From IMG/VR virus record IMGVR_UViG_3300035698_024280: DNA of 64,000 bases, one strand, 5' to 3'. The stretch comes from a virus. Each line of letters starts with the position of its first letter. Position 1 is the stretch's first letter. This document shows positions 17,985 to 30,200 of the stretch, one piece after another. The notes below the pieces were generated by a model. That model saw only the letters and a list, made by a program, of their open reading frames with translations, had not been told where the DNA came from and searched no databases. Made by a program: the position numbers and the translations under genes.

Positions 17985-18470
17985 ATGGGAAACGTTAAAA
18001 TAACGTCGTTGCCGAAAGCTCGTGAATATACAAGAGATTTTTCGTACTCCGACTTACATCTAGATATTGCTGCCACCTTTACATCCAGAGATGAGGTATA
18101 TGCGGATAATGAGAGAAAAGATATTCAAATTGACTATGATTTAGGGGCTATCAGAAATTCAATAATTAATATAATGACTACCTCTCCAGGGGAGAAGATA
18201 TTAAATCCGCTATTCGGCATTGATTTAAGAGATGTACTATTTGAGCCAATATCCGAAAGTGTTAGGGTAACTATTGTAGAGAGAATAAGGTCAGGTCTAA
18301 TAGAACAAGAACCTCGTATTGAATTTATAAAACCCCCAGAGGTGATTTCGCGTATAGAAGACGAAGCATATATAGTAAATTTATTCATTCGCGTACCCTT
18401 TTTAGCTGGAAGTGAATTATTATTATCGGGGTTACTCAACTACGAAGGGTTCGCTGTATTAAATAACTAA
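17985..18470 (+). CDS. gp25: Baseplate wedge subunit gp25
   Basis: AIRNSI.NI.TT.PGEK.LNPLFG.DL...LFEP...IR..L...EPRI; start corrected to the ATG at 17985, 5 nt after TAAATA. Confidence 0.9.
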   Translation: MGNVKITSLPKAREYTRDFSYSDLHLDIAATFTSRDEVYADNERKDIQIDYDLGAIRNSIINIMTTSPGEKILNPLFGIDLRDVLFEPISESVRVTIVERIRSGLIEQEPRIEFIKPPEVISRIEDEAYIVNLFIRVPFLAGSELLLSGLLNYEGFAVLNN

Positions 18471-18476
18471 GAAGAT

Positions 18477-20327
18477 ATGAGTACTGAATTTGTTGAATTT
18501 AATTTACCTAAAGGAGCCTATGCATCTTTTGACGCTGTAACGCTGAAGGACTACATAACAGATAGGCTAACTGAAAATACTGTATTTACCGATCAGAATT
18601 TTGAGGGAAGTAACCTTGCTGCATTGACTGATATTTTTGCCTTTACATATCATATACTACTGTTCTATTTGAACCAAACATCATCTGAAACAATGTTTGA
18701 TCAAACTCAGCTATATGAGAATATGAATAAGTTGGTAAAACTTATAGATTATAAGCCTGAAGGGCCTAAGACTTCAGTTGTAAGCTTTCAAGCGAAGGGG
18801 ACGGCAGAACTACCGGTCGGGGCATATGGTATAAAGAGATACTCTTATATTAATTATAACGGATTTACATATTCATTTTCTAAAGATGTATCATTTGAAA
18901 AAACAATTACTGGTAATGAACCCCTTACTACTTTTTCAGACAAGACGTTGCTATTTCAGGGCGTATTTACTGAATATCCGGAATATACAGCGATGGGTGA
19001 GAGTTATGAAGTATTAACATTAATACTTCAAGATGTAGACAATAAAAATACCCAATTTATAGATTATAATAATATTAACATTTATGTTAAAAATATAGGG
19101 GATAATACCTGGTCGCAATGGGAAGAGATAGATAGTCTATATTATGCTGGCGGTACATCGGATGTATTTGAAAAGAGAGTAAACGAAAATGGTCGTGTAG
19201 AGTTAAAGTTTGGTAATAATATTACCGGTAAAAAGCTTAATGAGGGAGATATAATATATGTATTCTATCTATTGAGTGATGGTAGTGAAGCTTATATTGA
19301 TATATCAGGGCTGCTTAAGGCATCTTCTATCAAACAATACAACTCCCAAAGATTTCAAGAATTAAATTCAGCATTGTATAGCGATTCCACTAATATCAAT
19401 TTTGTTGGATCTAATACAATAGCTGGCAGGATTGCATCTGAAGAGATAGAATTAAATAATACCGCAAAATCTACCCCATACTCAGACTATGAATTATTAG
19501 AAGATATTAAACAAAACGCGCCTAGAGTATTTTCTGCGCAAAATAGAGCGGTGACTATAGATGATTATGAATCATTATTAAAAAAGCAATTTAGTAACCT
19601 GTTTCAGTCTATAAAAGTTGTCAATAATAATAGCTATATAGATAATGTAATAAAATATTACTACGACATTGGGCTATCACGACCTAACGAAGATACTAAT
19701 GTATCAATTAACCAGTTAAAGTTCGCAGATGCATGCGACTTTAATAATATATATGTTTTTGCATTACCATCAGCAGGATCCATTATAAATGAAATTGCGC
19801 CGGTAGCAACGCCACAATCATTAAAAAAGGCCATTAATGATTATATAGATCGTGTAAAGATGGTTACGAATGAGATTGTAATTTGCGATCCAGTTTATAC
19901 TGCGGTAGACTTAGGGGTAGAAATACAATCAAACGACCCAAGGTCAATTTCGGAAATTAGAGACAATACGACTTTAGTAGTTAATGCAGATAGGGGCATA
20001 AATATATCCCTAGATGATATAAAGACCTCCATCAATAAAATTATATTAGACTATTTTGATAATAGTAATATAACTCTCGGAATGGTAATAGATTTAGCTG
20101 ATTTATCTAGACGAATAATAGATATATCAGGGGTAGATGAAATATACACATCTACAACTTATGAAGGCAATACTATTAAAAAACCCGGCATTAGTCTACT
20201 AACGTGGAATACACTATATCCGGAAGATGATATAAATATTACAACCCAAAATATACAATTACCGTTCTTTAAAGTGCCGTTTTTCTACAAAGGTTCGGAA
20301 CTTGCTGCGAAGATAATAATTAATTAA
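18477..20327 (+). CDS. gp6: Baseplate wedge subunit gp6
   Basis: FTDQNFEGSNL..L.DIFA, YKP.G..., F.KR.NE.G..EL.FG.N..GKK, IK.NAPR.F.AQNRAVT.DDYE. Confidence 0.9.
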   Translation: MSTEFVEFNLPKGAYASFDAVTLKDYITDRLTENTVFTDQNFEGSNLAALTDIFAFTYHILLFYLNQTSSETMFDQTQLYENMNKLVKLIDYKPEGPKTSVVSFQAKGTAELPVGAYGIKRYSYINYNGFTYSFSKDVSFEKTITGNEPLTTFSDKTLLFQGVFTEYPEYTAMGESYEVLTLILQDVDNKNTQFIDYNNINIYVKNIGDNTWSQWEEIDSLYYAGGTSDVFEKRVNENGRVELKFGNNITGKKLNEGDIIYVFYLLSDGSEAYIDISGLLKASSIKQYNSQRFQELNSALYSDSTNINFVGSNTIAGRIASEEIELNNTAKSTPYSDYELLEDIKQNAPRVFSAQNRAVTIDDYESLLKKQFSNLFQSIKVVNNNSYIDNVIKYYYDIGLSRPNEDTNVSINQLKFADACDFNNIYVFALPSAGSIINEIAPVATPQSLKKAINDYIDRVKMVTNEIVICDPVYTAVDLGVEIQSNDPRSISEIRDNTTLVVNADRGINISLDDIKTSINKIILDYFDNSNITLGMVIDLADLSRRIIDISGVDEIYTSTTYEGNTIKKPGISLLTWNTLYPEDDINITTQNIQLPFFKVPFFYKGSELAAKIIIN

Positions 20328-20330
20328 TAC

Positions 20331-23300
20331 ATGGAGCACCCTCAGACAGACTACACATTTTTTAATATAAGAGATTTCACTGGGAATTTCTCACTCTCTA
20401 GCTATGCTCTAGATATATGCCCATTTACATTTATACCTCAGATAAACCCTAATTCAAATACAGGTCAGGTATTGTGGGATTTTGGAGATGGTACTACCTC
20501 TCAAAGCTTATGTGCAACTCATAGTTATAATTTTTCAGGAATATACAAAGTTACATTATATGTATACAATACAGGCGGTGATGCGCATACTAGCTCATTT
20601 ACAAAAAGCCTCAAAATAAGCGACTTTGTAACAAACACAATTTCTCTTAGCTCAAAATCATCTTTTATACAACCAGCTGGCTCTACAGGTCACGACGAGG
20701 GCATAGACCTTCAAATATATAATAACTGGCAAACTTATAATTCGCTATCTGGTTCAGGCATTACTGTTAATTTATATGCGTCAGGAGGGGATTTTTTAAC
20801 ACATGATCAGTATTACTCCAACAAATATGCTCACCTAATACCTAGTGTCAAATTTTATAGTAGATGTTTTAATACTATTACCTCTACAGCTGAATATAAA
20901 GTAATCGATAGCATTACAACACACCCTAAAGATATAATATATGCAAAAGTATCTGGGGATAATATTGTAAGATGTCGTAAGTGTGATACAGACGCGGAAG
21001 TTGCAGGAACATATAGTACAGAAAGAGTATATATTAGCTCCGATAAAATAACAACCGATAATAAATGGTTGAAAGATAGATCTGCTATATTAGGTCTTAT
21101 AAGATTTGATACATCTAAATTCGATGATAGAGTATCTTATGAAAATAACTATTACAAGAATATATATAATAGATCTGAGCTACCAACGCTAAATACGGCT
21201 GCAGCCAGCTTTAATCTAACTATAACCCCTCATTTGAGTGTTAATACCTTAACATTTTCTCAAAACGGTATTGATGGTATTGAAGATAATATAGATACAT
21301 TTAAATTATCTAATATTCAATACACTGATACACGTATACCTTTTGTTATAAGATTAAAGGATGCAAGTAAATATGCCTCCAATTATTTACCCACTTTAAC
21401 CGCAGTAGGTAATATTACACAACCATATCAAATAAAAATTAATGTTGTATCTGGGGCAGGTGTTGCTATACCTACATCTGCGCAGCCATCTATTATAAGC
21501 ACGTACACAGATAATCTATCGAGTGCAGGGGGCTACTGGAAGGGGTATATGCACTTTTCAAATAGTTATTTATCATCCGATAGTAATTTCACGTTGAATG
21601 ATTTATACCTATCTGCAGATACTATAGTTAATGAAACATATAACTACTCCGATACCGTCCCAATGCTTGGAATCGTAGGATGTGGCGATATTAATAAATC
21701 TTTAAATATAAGTTTTGCACTAAAGACTCAATTCGGGTCTGATAGTATTATTGTAAAGGAAACTATTCCAGTAGCTAGTTATGTATATGACACCCCAAAT
21801 TACAATAGCACATATATACCACATAGCCTATTCCCAGAAGATAATACACATACAGGTTCCTATTATTCAGCCTGGGCAGCTTTGAAGTCTGGAATTTTGC
21901 AGAAATATGATGCGTTCTCGACCCCGCTATCTACAACACATTTATCCTCTTTCGGTCTAACCGTAGCAGCGGGCAATAGTGGGTCAAATATTGCTATAGA
22001 TGGTAATAAAGATATCTGGGGATCATTTTATAACAGCTCTAGCGCTATAAAGATTGATAATGATAATAATCTACTAGCTGTAGTTAGTCTAGATAATTAT
22101 AGTGCGGGGCCGATTGATACTGATATCAATAATAATATATGGATGACATATTCTACATCCCTCACATCTAAATTGGTTAAATACGATACCTTAGGTAACA
22201 CATTGAGCTCTATAAGTTTGACTGGGGGGTATACTCCAGTAGACCTCTGCATAGATACGAGTAATAATATATGGATAATCGCTCAAGACGAGAGTACATA
22301 TTATGAAGCTCTTTCTAGTTATAATGATAAAATTTTTCACCATAACGATGCTTCAGGTGTAACAACTGCAGTATATTCTATATCTGGGAGATCGAGCCAT
22401 ATTACTATTGATACAGACGATCATGCTATCTTTAATATAAATGTTAATGATTATGGTATCCTAAATTTATCTGGAGTTGAATTAAAAAATATATCAACTA
22501 TTACTACCACCAACTCTTCAAGTGATATAACTGGAGTAGGTACAGTTGGTACTGGGGATATAGTATTTGTAAATAACTCAACAAAATCTATAACTGGGGT
22601 TGCTTCAGGATCTTACGTTGAAACTGGCAACACTACAATAGCTACTGTAAGTAGTAATTCTTTAATTGAGGCAAGAGGTGACTGGACCGGGATGAGGTGG
22701 GCATTAAAATATGCTACAACTACATTCAGTATGTCTGCTGTAGCGACTGGTATGAGCTCAAACTTTAATATATATAATTCTAATAAGTATCAAGTAGAGA
22801 AAAAATCAGAATCCTTCGATAGTACAGAACACTATAAGAGTTTAAGATATCAAGAGGCCTTGTTTGACGATACGGTAATGTTTGATGAGTTAATAGGGTC
22901 TATAGTAGGTAATTTAAGCTCATCCCCAAACACTCTAGGTAAGCGAGTATATGATAAAATTTCAGATTTTGTTAGTAATAATTCTGATGTGGACTTATGT
23001 AATATAGATTCTCTATATAATATGTATAGTATGCTCGGGTTTAATCTAGAGTCCTTTGAGAATTTTAGATTTTCTATACCGTCCAATTTAAAACGATTGA
23101 TGGATATATTCTCAATTAAACAATCTCGTTTATGGGCTGGTAGAAATCAATATACTAATAATTTCGATTCACAAAATTACCCGATACCTAATAACTTTTA
23201 TGGAACTAATCTCAAATTAAAGATCGACAATATGGAGACTACTTTATTAACTGCAGGAGAATTTTCCGAGCCTATAGTTGCGAAGAGTAAATTTAGTAAT

Positions 23301-23654
23301 AATTATAAATTACTTAATACTAATATTTTGAGTGCATATGCAGGTGAAATGAGACTTAATCAAACATTTCCGTTGAGTAGTTTTGACGCTGGTTGGGGAT
23401 GGCCGTTAGTATTACCAGTGAGTGCTACATATATGGATATAGAAAAGTTATATGATTTATATACAATTAACTTTACTCCAGAGAACTCGCAATTAGAAGG
23501 TATACTGAACTGGGAAGACTCTAATTTTCATAATTTAAATGAGGCTCTAAGCTCAAATGCGGAATGGGTAGGTAAAGATGGTTCGGTAAGTGAAGCTTTA
23601 AGATATACTTTAATTGAAGGTACTGGTTTATTTACCACATCTCTTTGCTCTTAA
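20331..23654 (+). CDS. Large baseplate wedge protein (gp7-like) with N-terminal PKD domain and NHL/Vgb-like propeller
   Basis: WDFGDGTTS...HSY..SG.Y.VTL (PKD); repeats IAIDGNKDIW, IDTDINNNIW, LCIDTSNNIW; C-terminal FV.NN.DVD.CNI.SL. Confidence 0.6.
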   Translation: MEHPQTDYTFFNIRDFTGNFSLSSYALDICPFTFIPQINPNSNTGQVLWDFGDGTTSQSLCATHSYNFSGIYKVTLYVYNTGGDAHTSSFTKSLKISDFVTNTISLSSKSSFIQPAGSTGHDEGIDLQIYNNWQTYNSLSGSGITVNLYASGGDFLTHDQYYSNKYAHLIPSVKFYSRCFNTITSTAEYKVIDSITTHPKDIIYAKVSGDNIVRCRKCDTDAEVAGTYSTERVYISSDKITTDNKWLKDRSAILGLIRFDTSKFDDRVSYENNYYKNIYNRSELPTLNTAAASFNLTITPHLSVNTLTFSQNGIDGIEDNIDTFKLSNIQYTDTRIPFVIRLKDASKYASNYLPTLTAVGNITQPYQIKINVVSGAGVAIPTSAQPSIISTYTDNLSSAGGYWKGYMHFSNSYLSSDSNFTLNDLYLSADTIVNETYNYSDTVPMLGIVGCGDINKSLNISFALKTQFGSDSIIVKETIPVASYVYDTPNYNSTYIPHSLFPEDNTHTGSYYSAWAALKSGILQKYDAFSTPLSTTHLSSFGLTVAAGNSGSNIAIDGNKDIWGSFYNSSSAIKIDNDNNLLAVVSLDNYSAGPIDTDINNNIWMTYSTSLTSKLVKYDTLGNTLSSISLTGGYTPVDLCIDTSNNIWIIAQDESTYYEALSSYNDKIFHHNDASGVTTAVYSISGRSSHITIDTDDHAIFNINVNDYGILNLSGVELKNISTITTTNSSSDITGVGTVGTGDIVFVNNSTKSITGVASGSYVETGNTTIATVSSNSLIEARGDWTGMRWALKYATTTFSMSAVATGMSSNFNIYNSNKYQVEKKSESFDSTEHYKSLRYQEALFDDTVMFDELIGSIVGNLSSSPNTLGKRVYDKISDFVSNNSDVDLCNIDSLYNMYSMLGFNLESFENFRFSIPSNLKRLMDIFSIKQSRLWAGRNQYTNNFDSQNYPIPNNFYGTNLKLKIDNMETTLLTAGEFSEPIVAKSKFSNNYKLLNTNILSAYAGEMRLNQTFPLSSFDAGWGWPLVLPVSATYMDIEKLYDLYTINFTPENSQLEGILNWEDSNFHNLNEALSSNAEWVGKDGSVSEALRYTLIEGTGLFTTSLCS

Positions 23655-23678
23655 GCGTAATATGCTATAAATATTAAT

Positions 23679-26675
23679 ATGCAGCCTATTCCTGTATATG
23701 GATCTATCAGTGTATCTAACTCAATTACAAATCTATCTACAGAAGAAGATAGGTGGTTGGATTTTAGTGAACCGTTTACTTTTAATGCTTTTGTAAAGCA
23801 GGTTGAAAATATAGGAACACCTCAACAATATAATAATGCATATAAAGATTATCTAGAAGCCTGGTATGTACATAAGGGTGAATCAAAGGAGGCTGTAATA
23901 TTAAATGTAAAAAATCAATACATTGATCTACTGCGTAATATCGCCTTAAATTATACTACATTAGAGGAGAAGAGATTTTTAAGTAATATAGATTATGATA
24001 GTGAAGAAGATTTAGCGATCGCTATCCCATTTTTCAGCTTAAAACTTTCGGATATATGTGAATTTTATATTGAAAAGAGAGAGAAACTGAAGACTAGAAC
24101 TGCTTCAGTCAAATCCAAAGGAACCACTCAGGAGTCTACTCAGAGAATTTTCGATACAATTTATGACTATGTATTTGTTGAATATGGTTATAATAACTAT
24201 AATCTTTTAAATACTAGTTTATCTGCAATAATTCAAGATTTAGATATAGAAATAGAGGAGCTATATGATACATATTCTGAATATTTTGATATCAGTGCTG
24301 ATTCGAACGCAAGTGATTATAACGCTACCGGTAGGCGTGCAGCATATTGGTCTTCAAATACGAATGTTTTTGAGCTCGACCTCTTTACTGATTTTGAAGA
24401 GTCTCTAAAGAGGGATATTTTTAAGAAGCCGATAATTATAGATAATATAGATTTATTTAAGGTAAATTATAGCCCAAGTTTAGTAGATCTAATATGTACA
24501 CCTAGTAATACATTAGAGCAGACAATAAGAGACGGTAAACCTAATAGTGAATATCGATTAGATATAAGAAAGAAAATATTATCAAAATATCTAGGTACTG
24601 ATATTTACTTTTTATCTACTAATAGTACATTGACTGATTTCACATCCGGTATATTAGCAGAAGCTGAATCCCCTGCAAAGAATTATTCAAATAAAAGATT
24701 CCCATCTACAGCCACTATACCGGAGGGGTCGAGGAAATCGGCGAGAGAACTTGGTCTGTTTTTTAAGCCAGATAAGTTAGGGAAGCTGACATTTAAAACG
24801 GCTATTGAGAACTTTTCAATAAAGGATATTGGTCAGCTTGAACCTGATAATATTTATATATTTCCAGACCCAAATCTATATGGTAACGTATCTAATTTTA
24901 CAGAAGATACACTCAAGAATTACCCTCTTGAGTTTTTTATAAATGAAAGTAAACTTAAAAAATCAGCTGGTCATGGGTTTTCCGTAAATGATGTATTTAG
25001 TACGCCATATGATACACTAGCCTATAGCTATAACAGCAATGAAAATACACAAAATAATCAAAATACTGTATTTACTCCACTGTTTACTAAGCTGTATAAT
25101 TCTGGGATATTGGCAAATTTAAAACATGATTTATATGGGAATCAATTTGGCCTTATAAAAAAATCTACCGGTAGAAGATCAATAGAGAGTGCTAGTTTAT
25201 TGATAAATAGTGCTAAGGATAAAGATCGCATATTATTTGACGGTCATGTATTTTATGATGATATAGAGGGGTATAATTTTAACTATAGCTTATCTAGTGA
25301 TGATCTATACTTAGGGTATGCGACGCGTACAGGTCTTACAGCAAGAACTATAGAAGAGGTACCATATGGTAGTGGGAACTACTCCACCGGATACAATTAT
25401 TTGAGTACTCATATGTTTAATCTCACAGGAGATGATATTAGTTCCTTATATTTCAGAGAGTTCTGCCCCTATATTGAAACTACATATAATGAGTCATTAG
25501 ATTATCTTTTAGAGAAAAGTGTAATATATGATGGCGGTGGTTTCCGGGGAGTTGATGAAATGAGCGCTGATGACATCAGATTCAATAAAGAACATGATAA
25601 CGCTGAAGTCTATTATAGTATACTTATAGAGGCGGGTATAAACCCTAATAATTCGAATATATCCTCACCTATAGACGAAGCGAGTTTTACAGCGGCTCCA
25701 ATATTATCTTCCAACAATTTTTTTATCATAGATGGTAAGAGCTTCGGGTTGGATATATTATATAGAGGCGAAACACTATATACTAACGATATATACCCAC
25801 GATCTGATGAAGAGATACCCCATTCAACAACAATTTTTGATAATTCAAGCGAAGCTGCTATTGATAAATCGCTTAGCTATATACAGCAGTTGTCAGGTAA
25901 TGTATTCGTTCATAACTTTAAGACTAATACGATTTTACCGTTGAGCGCTGCGCTGAGTGGGGTGTTTAGTTCATATGATAGTATAGTAAGAGATTCTATA
26001 TACGACGGAGATATTACATATTTTGATATATTATACAATACCATAATTATTGAAACGACTAATGATTTTATAGTTCAAGATTTCAAATTTGCGGATAATC
26101 AATTTAAATCTTCAATCGGTATATCTGATAATTTTGTATATAATGTACCCTTAAGCGATCCATTTAAATGGGTGAGTAATCCATTTTATGTTAACTCCTA
26201 CAATAAATTATATTTTTGCACTACTTCGTTATTAAGTACACTTTCCTCTTCAAATAGTAAAAGTGTATTTCCAGAAATATATGCTTATGATATTTCTGGA
26301 AATAAGGTCAAGAAGATATACCCGGTAGGTGATGATTATAATAAATTGTCATCACTATTCTCTCTTAGTGCTATAGGTATAAACATAACTAATATTACCA
26401 AGCCATCTCTAACTCACAACTCAAGAAATAATATTTTCTCATTAACGTGGGCAGGAAATGATGGTAATTATCAATCAACATTTTTTAATATGAGATTTAA
26501 TCATAAGGATAATGATAAATCTATCAATATACAAAGCATAAGGGCATACCCAATGTCACAAAACGGTTATAGCTATAACTTTTTTGACAGTATGAGTGCT
26601 TCATTATTGTCTGGATCTGAACTTAATACAGATCCTATACATTCAAAAGATACAGGTGAATATAAATTTAATTAG
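23679..26675 (+). CDS. Large virion structural protein (baseplate/fibre associated)
   Basis: 998 aa; TATAAATA late promoter 5 nt upstream; inside the structural module. Confidence 0.5.
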   Translation: MQPIPVYGSISVSNSITNLSTEEDRWLDFSEPFTFNAFVKQVENIGTPQQYNNAYKDYLEAWYVHKGESKEAVILNVKNQYIDLLRNIALNYTTLEEKRFLSNIDYDSEEDLAIAIPFFSLKLSDICEFYIEKREKLKTRTASVKSKGTTQESTQRIFDTIYDYVFVEYGYNNYNLLNTSLSAIIQDLDIEIEELYDTYSEYFDISADSNASDYNATGRRAAYWSSNTNVFELDLFTDFEESLKRDIFKKPIIIDNIDLFKVNYSPSLVDLICTPSNTLEQTIRDGKPNSEYRLDIRKKILSKYLGTDIYFLSTNSTLTDFTSGILAEAESPAKNYSNKRFPSTATIPEGSRKSARELGLFFKPDKLGKLTFKTAIENFSIKDIGQLEPDNIYIFPDPNLYGNVSNFTEDTLKNYPLEFFINESKLKKSAGHGFSVNDVFSTPYDTLAYSYNSNENTQNNQNTVFTPLFTKLYNSGILANLKHDLYGNQFGLIKKSTGRRSIESASLLINSAKDKDRILFDGHVFYDDIEGYNFNYSLSSDDLYLGYATRTGLTARTIEEVPYGSGNYSTGYNYLSTHMFNLTGDDISSLYFREFCPYIETTYNESLDYLLEKSVIYDGGGFRGVDEMSADDIRFNKEHDNAEVYYSILIEAGINPNNSNISSPIDEASFTAAPILSSNNFFIIDGKSFGLDILYRGETLYTNDIYPRSDEEIPHSTTIFDNSSEAAIDKSLSYIQQLSGNVFVHNFKTNTILPLSAALSGVFSSYDSIVRDSIYDGDITYFDILYNTIIIETTNDFIVQDFKFADNQFKSSIGISDNFVYNVPLSDPFKWVSNPFYVNSYNKLYFCTTSLLSTLSSSNSKSVFPEIYAYDISGNKVKKIYPVGDDYNKLSSLFSLSAIGINITNITKPSLTHNSRNNIFSLTWAGNDGNYQSTFFNMRFNHKDNDKSINIQSIRAYPMSQNGYSYNFFDSMSASLLSGSELNTDPIHSKDTGEYKFN

Positions 26676-26676
26676 G

Positions 26677-27213
26677 ATGAATATGCAAACAGTACATTTA
26701 ACCGGCGGCCCAGCAGAAGGTAATCAGACCTATAATACTCTTTATATAAAGGGAGAAACGGATGTTACATTTAACTTCGCCTCACTGGCATTAGATAATA
26801 CAATCGTATCACGTATACAGATAGATTATGGCGACGGGTCTGCTATAGAGTATAAAAATTATAAAGTTGAAAATGACCATATTAATACCCCTATAACATA
26901 TAATTTTGCACGATATAACACATTTTTAATATCTACCGGGGCAGATCATACATTTAAATTTGATGAGAGCCATTACCCCGTTGAAGATAATAATATAGAT
27001 TATGGAGCAATAACAGCACAAATACTTGTTAGATATTCCGACTATAGAGAGGTGTTACATAGCATCCCAATTAATATTTATAAGGATAGTTATTATGATA
27101 CTTTAGGGGATGTTAGCATAATTAATACTCAATTAACTGATACTACCAATAATAACGTTTTTTGTATAGTAGAGACTGAGTCTGGTGACGTTATAAATAT
27201 AGTATTATCCTAA
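26677..27213 (+). CDS. Structural protein with PKD-like motif
   Basis: IQIDYGDGS motif; start corrected to the ATG right after the upstream stop. Confidence 0.5.
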   Translation: MNMQTVHLTGGPAEGNQTYNTLYIKGETDVTFNFASLALDNTIVSRIQIDYGDGSAIEYKNYKVENDHINTPITYNFARYNTFLISTGADHTFKFDESHYPVEDNNIDYGAITAQILVRYSDYREVLHSIPINIYKDSYYDTLGDVSIINTQLTDTTNNNVFCIVETESGDVINIVLS

Positions 27214-27225
27214 ATATAAGTGTAA

Positions 27226-30200
27226 ATGGATACCGTATACTTTAGTACCAGCGCTCGTAGTTTAAGCGCAAGATTTGTTGATGAGGAGTTCTCTATTAAA
27301 TCTACTAGGCATATTATTGAATCGACAAATATATCGATACATAAGCCTGCCGCTCTTCAAGATGTGAAGGCTGCAAATATTAATAATTATAGTGCGCTTT
27401 TTTTATCTAAAAAAATTAGAGGGAGTGATATATTAAATTTTAATAATATATCGAATATAATTAATAATATAGTAACTCCTATATATATAGATAATTGTGA
27501 AGGTGATGTTGAGTCTCGTAAATATATATATATCAGTGAAAGTACGAGTGACTTCTCAAAGGATACATACCCATGCTTAGTCAAACAAGATGATAGTATA
27601 TCAGACGAAAGTCGTAAATATTTTGAGATTAATCTAATTAACTCAATATTTTGTCGCGTATCTCATCAATCTAAAAATAATATATTTTATTTAACCGTAA
27701 ATCAAGACGATAAATTGATGTTTAATAAGCAGGTAGTAGTAGAGGGTATACCGACTACCATCGATGATACATTATTTGAATATTATATAGATAACAATAC
27801 ACTAACCCTTGTGAAGTTAATAAGCGGAGTTGAAGGTGAGTATAGGAAAACGGTAAGCGTCGTTAATGATCAGCTTACTCTTACAAATTACAATTCCTCA
27901 GGAGGTAGTATATTGTTTAACTCGACGACTAAATTTAGCATAGATAATATAAATATAATTCAAGATATACACCCTAAAATAGATACTTCATGGGTATCAT
28001 ATAAGGACTTTAATAATAAAATTGACAATAGTCGAAGCATTTTTAATCAATCTACTAACTACTTTTTATCTACACAATATAGTAATATAACTGGGGACTA
28101 TATAGAATTAAATATGCTGCCTCTTAAGAATGCTTTAAGTAATGATAATACTATAATGCGAGGGGACTACATGACCCAATATAATTCAGAAAAAATACCG
28201 AATGTAGATCTAAGATCTTATGAAGGGATGCAAACCGGAAGCTTCGAAGAAAAAGGAAACACTGATATATCCTTTACATATACATATTATAATCAAAATT
28301 TTAAATTTTATCCAGATACATATAACACATTTACAACGCCGAAGAGCTTATACCCATATACACAGATAAATATTAATGATACATTATTTGCCAGGTGTGG
28401 AAGTTTCCCTGGGGACTCTCCCCATACTGCAGATAGATTATATACAGCGAATGAGGGGGTAATGCCGGGAGCGGCTACCGGAGAATACTTATGCACCTGG
28501 CTATCAGGTGGTGGTGGTGGTGCTAGCGTGTGGCTGGATAGGTATTATATACCTGAAGCTATTAATAAATTCAACGCTCTTTCATCTAGCGCAGTGAGTC
28601 ACGGGTATTTCTCTTCATTAGGAGAAACAATAAAGGCAGAAAATAATCTAGATGAATATTTTGATATCAAGAGTACTTTAGCTATTATACCAGATAGCAA
28701 ATATATATATCAGCGGATTGGCTCTACCTATATAAAGCAATTTTTAGAGCATTTAGATGATGAAATAATTTTAGATAGATTACAACTTAAATCATCACGG
28801 GGAGGATTACAGCCAGCTATTAGCGATGATGATGTGGATAGCAATATATATAATTTAGATAATTCTTACTACCTAACCAACGATAATGAATTAATTAATA
28901 GAAATTCTGAATTAACAATGTCATTCTGGCTTCGTAGACTCGATTGGAAGAAGTCAATAAATCATCAAATTTTAGGGTCCTACAACAATCGAGGCATTTC
29001 AGTGACAAACGATGAGGCTATAACCCCATTTGTTGCGGTTCAATCTGAATCTAAGCAATCGATTGATATATATAATACAAATGGTAGACGGCTACATACA
29101 GTCAGGCCCATCAGGACAAGCAGCAACCGTGAAAAAATTATAGATCTAATACGAACTGATCATTTAGATGATATGTATGCTATAACAGATAGTTTTAACA
29201 TTTATAAAATCCAATCAAATGGCCCTATATATAGCAGTAAGAAGCTTACTGAAATAACCGGATATATAAACTATTATAATTTTGGTGGGAAGTTGTATAT
29301 ATTGGAAAATGAAGAGGGTAGAGTAGTAGAACTAGATTTACATACAGAGGAGGTCACCATATTAGATCCAGTTATTATACCAGAAGAAAGTGGAGAAGTT
29401 TATAAAATTAGATCAATATCTATGGATATAAATGGTAACATTGTTGGGTTCCGAGGTGATAAGACTATTAAATTTAACGATTTATATGCTCTGACTCTCA
29501 TTGAAAATGTTACACTAGCTCTCGAATCATATGATCACTCCTCACGTCAGATTTTATTAAAAAATAATAATACATTAAATTCATTTACCTTAAGTAGGCA
29601 AGGTATCGTACTACCACCCACTCCCCTATCAGGAGTAGCTATTAAAGATTTTGCTGTTTTTGATAATAATATTTTTATAATTAAAGGTGAGAGCTTAATA
29701 AAAATGCGAGATAATGGTACAACAGTATATAATCTCCCTCTATTTGCTGGAGCTCCTTTAGCAGAAAATGAGAGCCGTAATGCAATTGCTGTAGATATTG
29801 TTCGAGAGTATATTAACGGCGAGTTATATGAATACCCTATTGTTATTGCAAACAGTACTATTAGTGAAAAAAAGCAGAATAATTATCTTATTAAAATATT
29901 AGAAGATAGTGTAGGTAACCCTTTAGTGGAGTCAGTATCTATAGAGACTAATGTAGTGTTTAATAGTAAGTGTGATGGGAGTAGTTATAGGTACAATTTA
30001 ACTAACTTTAAATATCTTCAAGATCAAATTGATGAAAAAAATCAGCTACACTTTAATTTTAAGATAGACAATACAAGAAATAGTACAGATAAATTAATTG
30101 CAAAATTTAATTATGATTTAGAAGAATTCCTACCCGGGAGTAAGCACCATTTTGCAATTAGGGTAGATACAAAAAGGGGGACAATAACCCTCTTTATAGA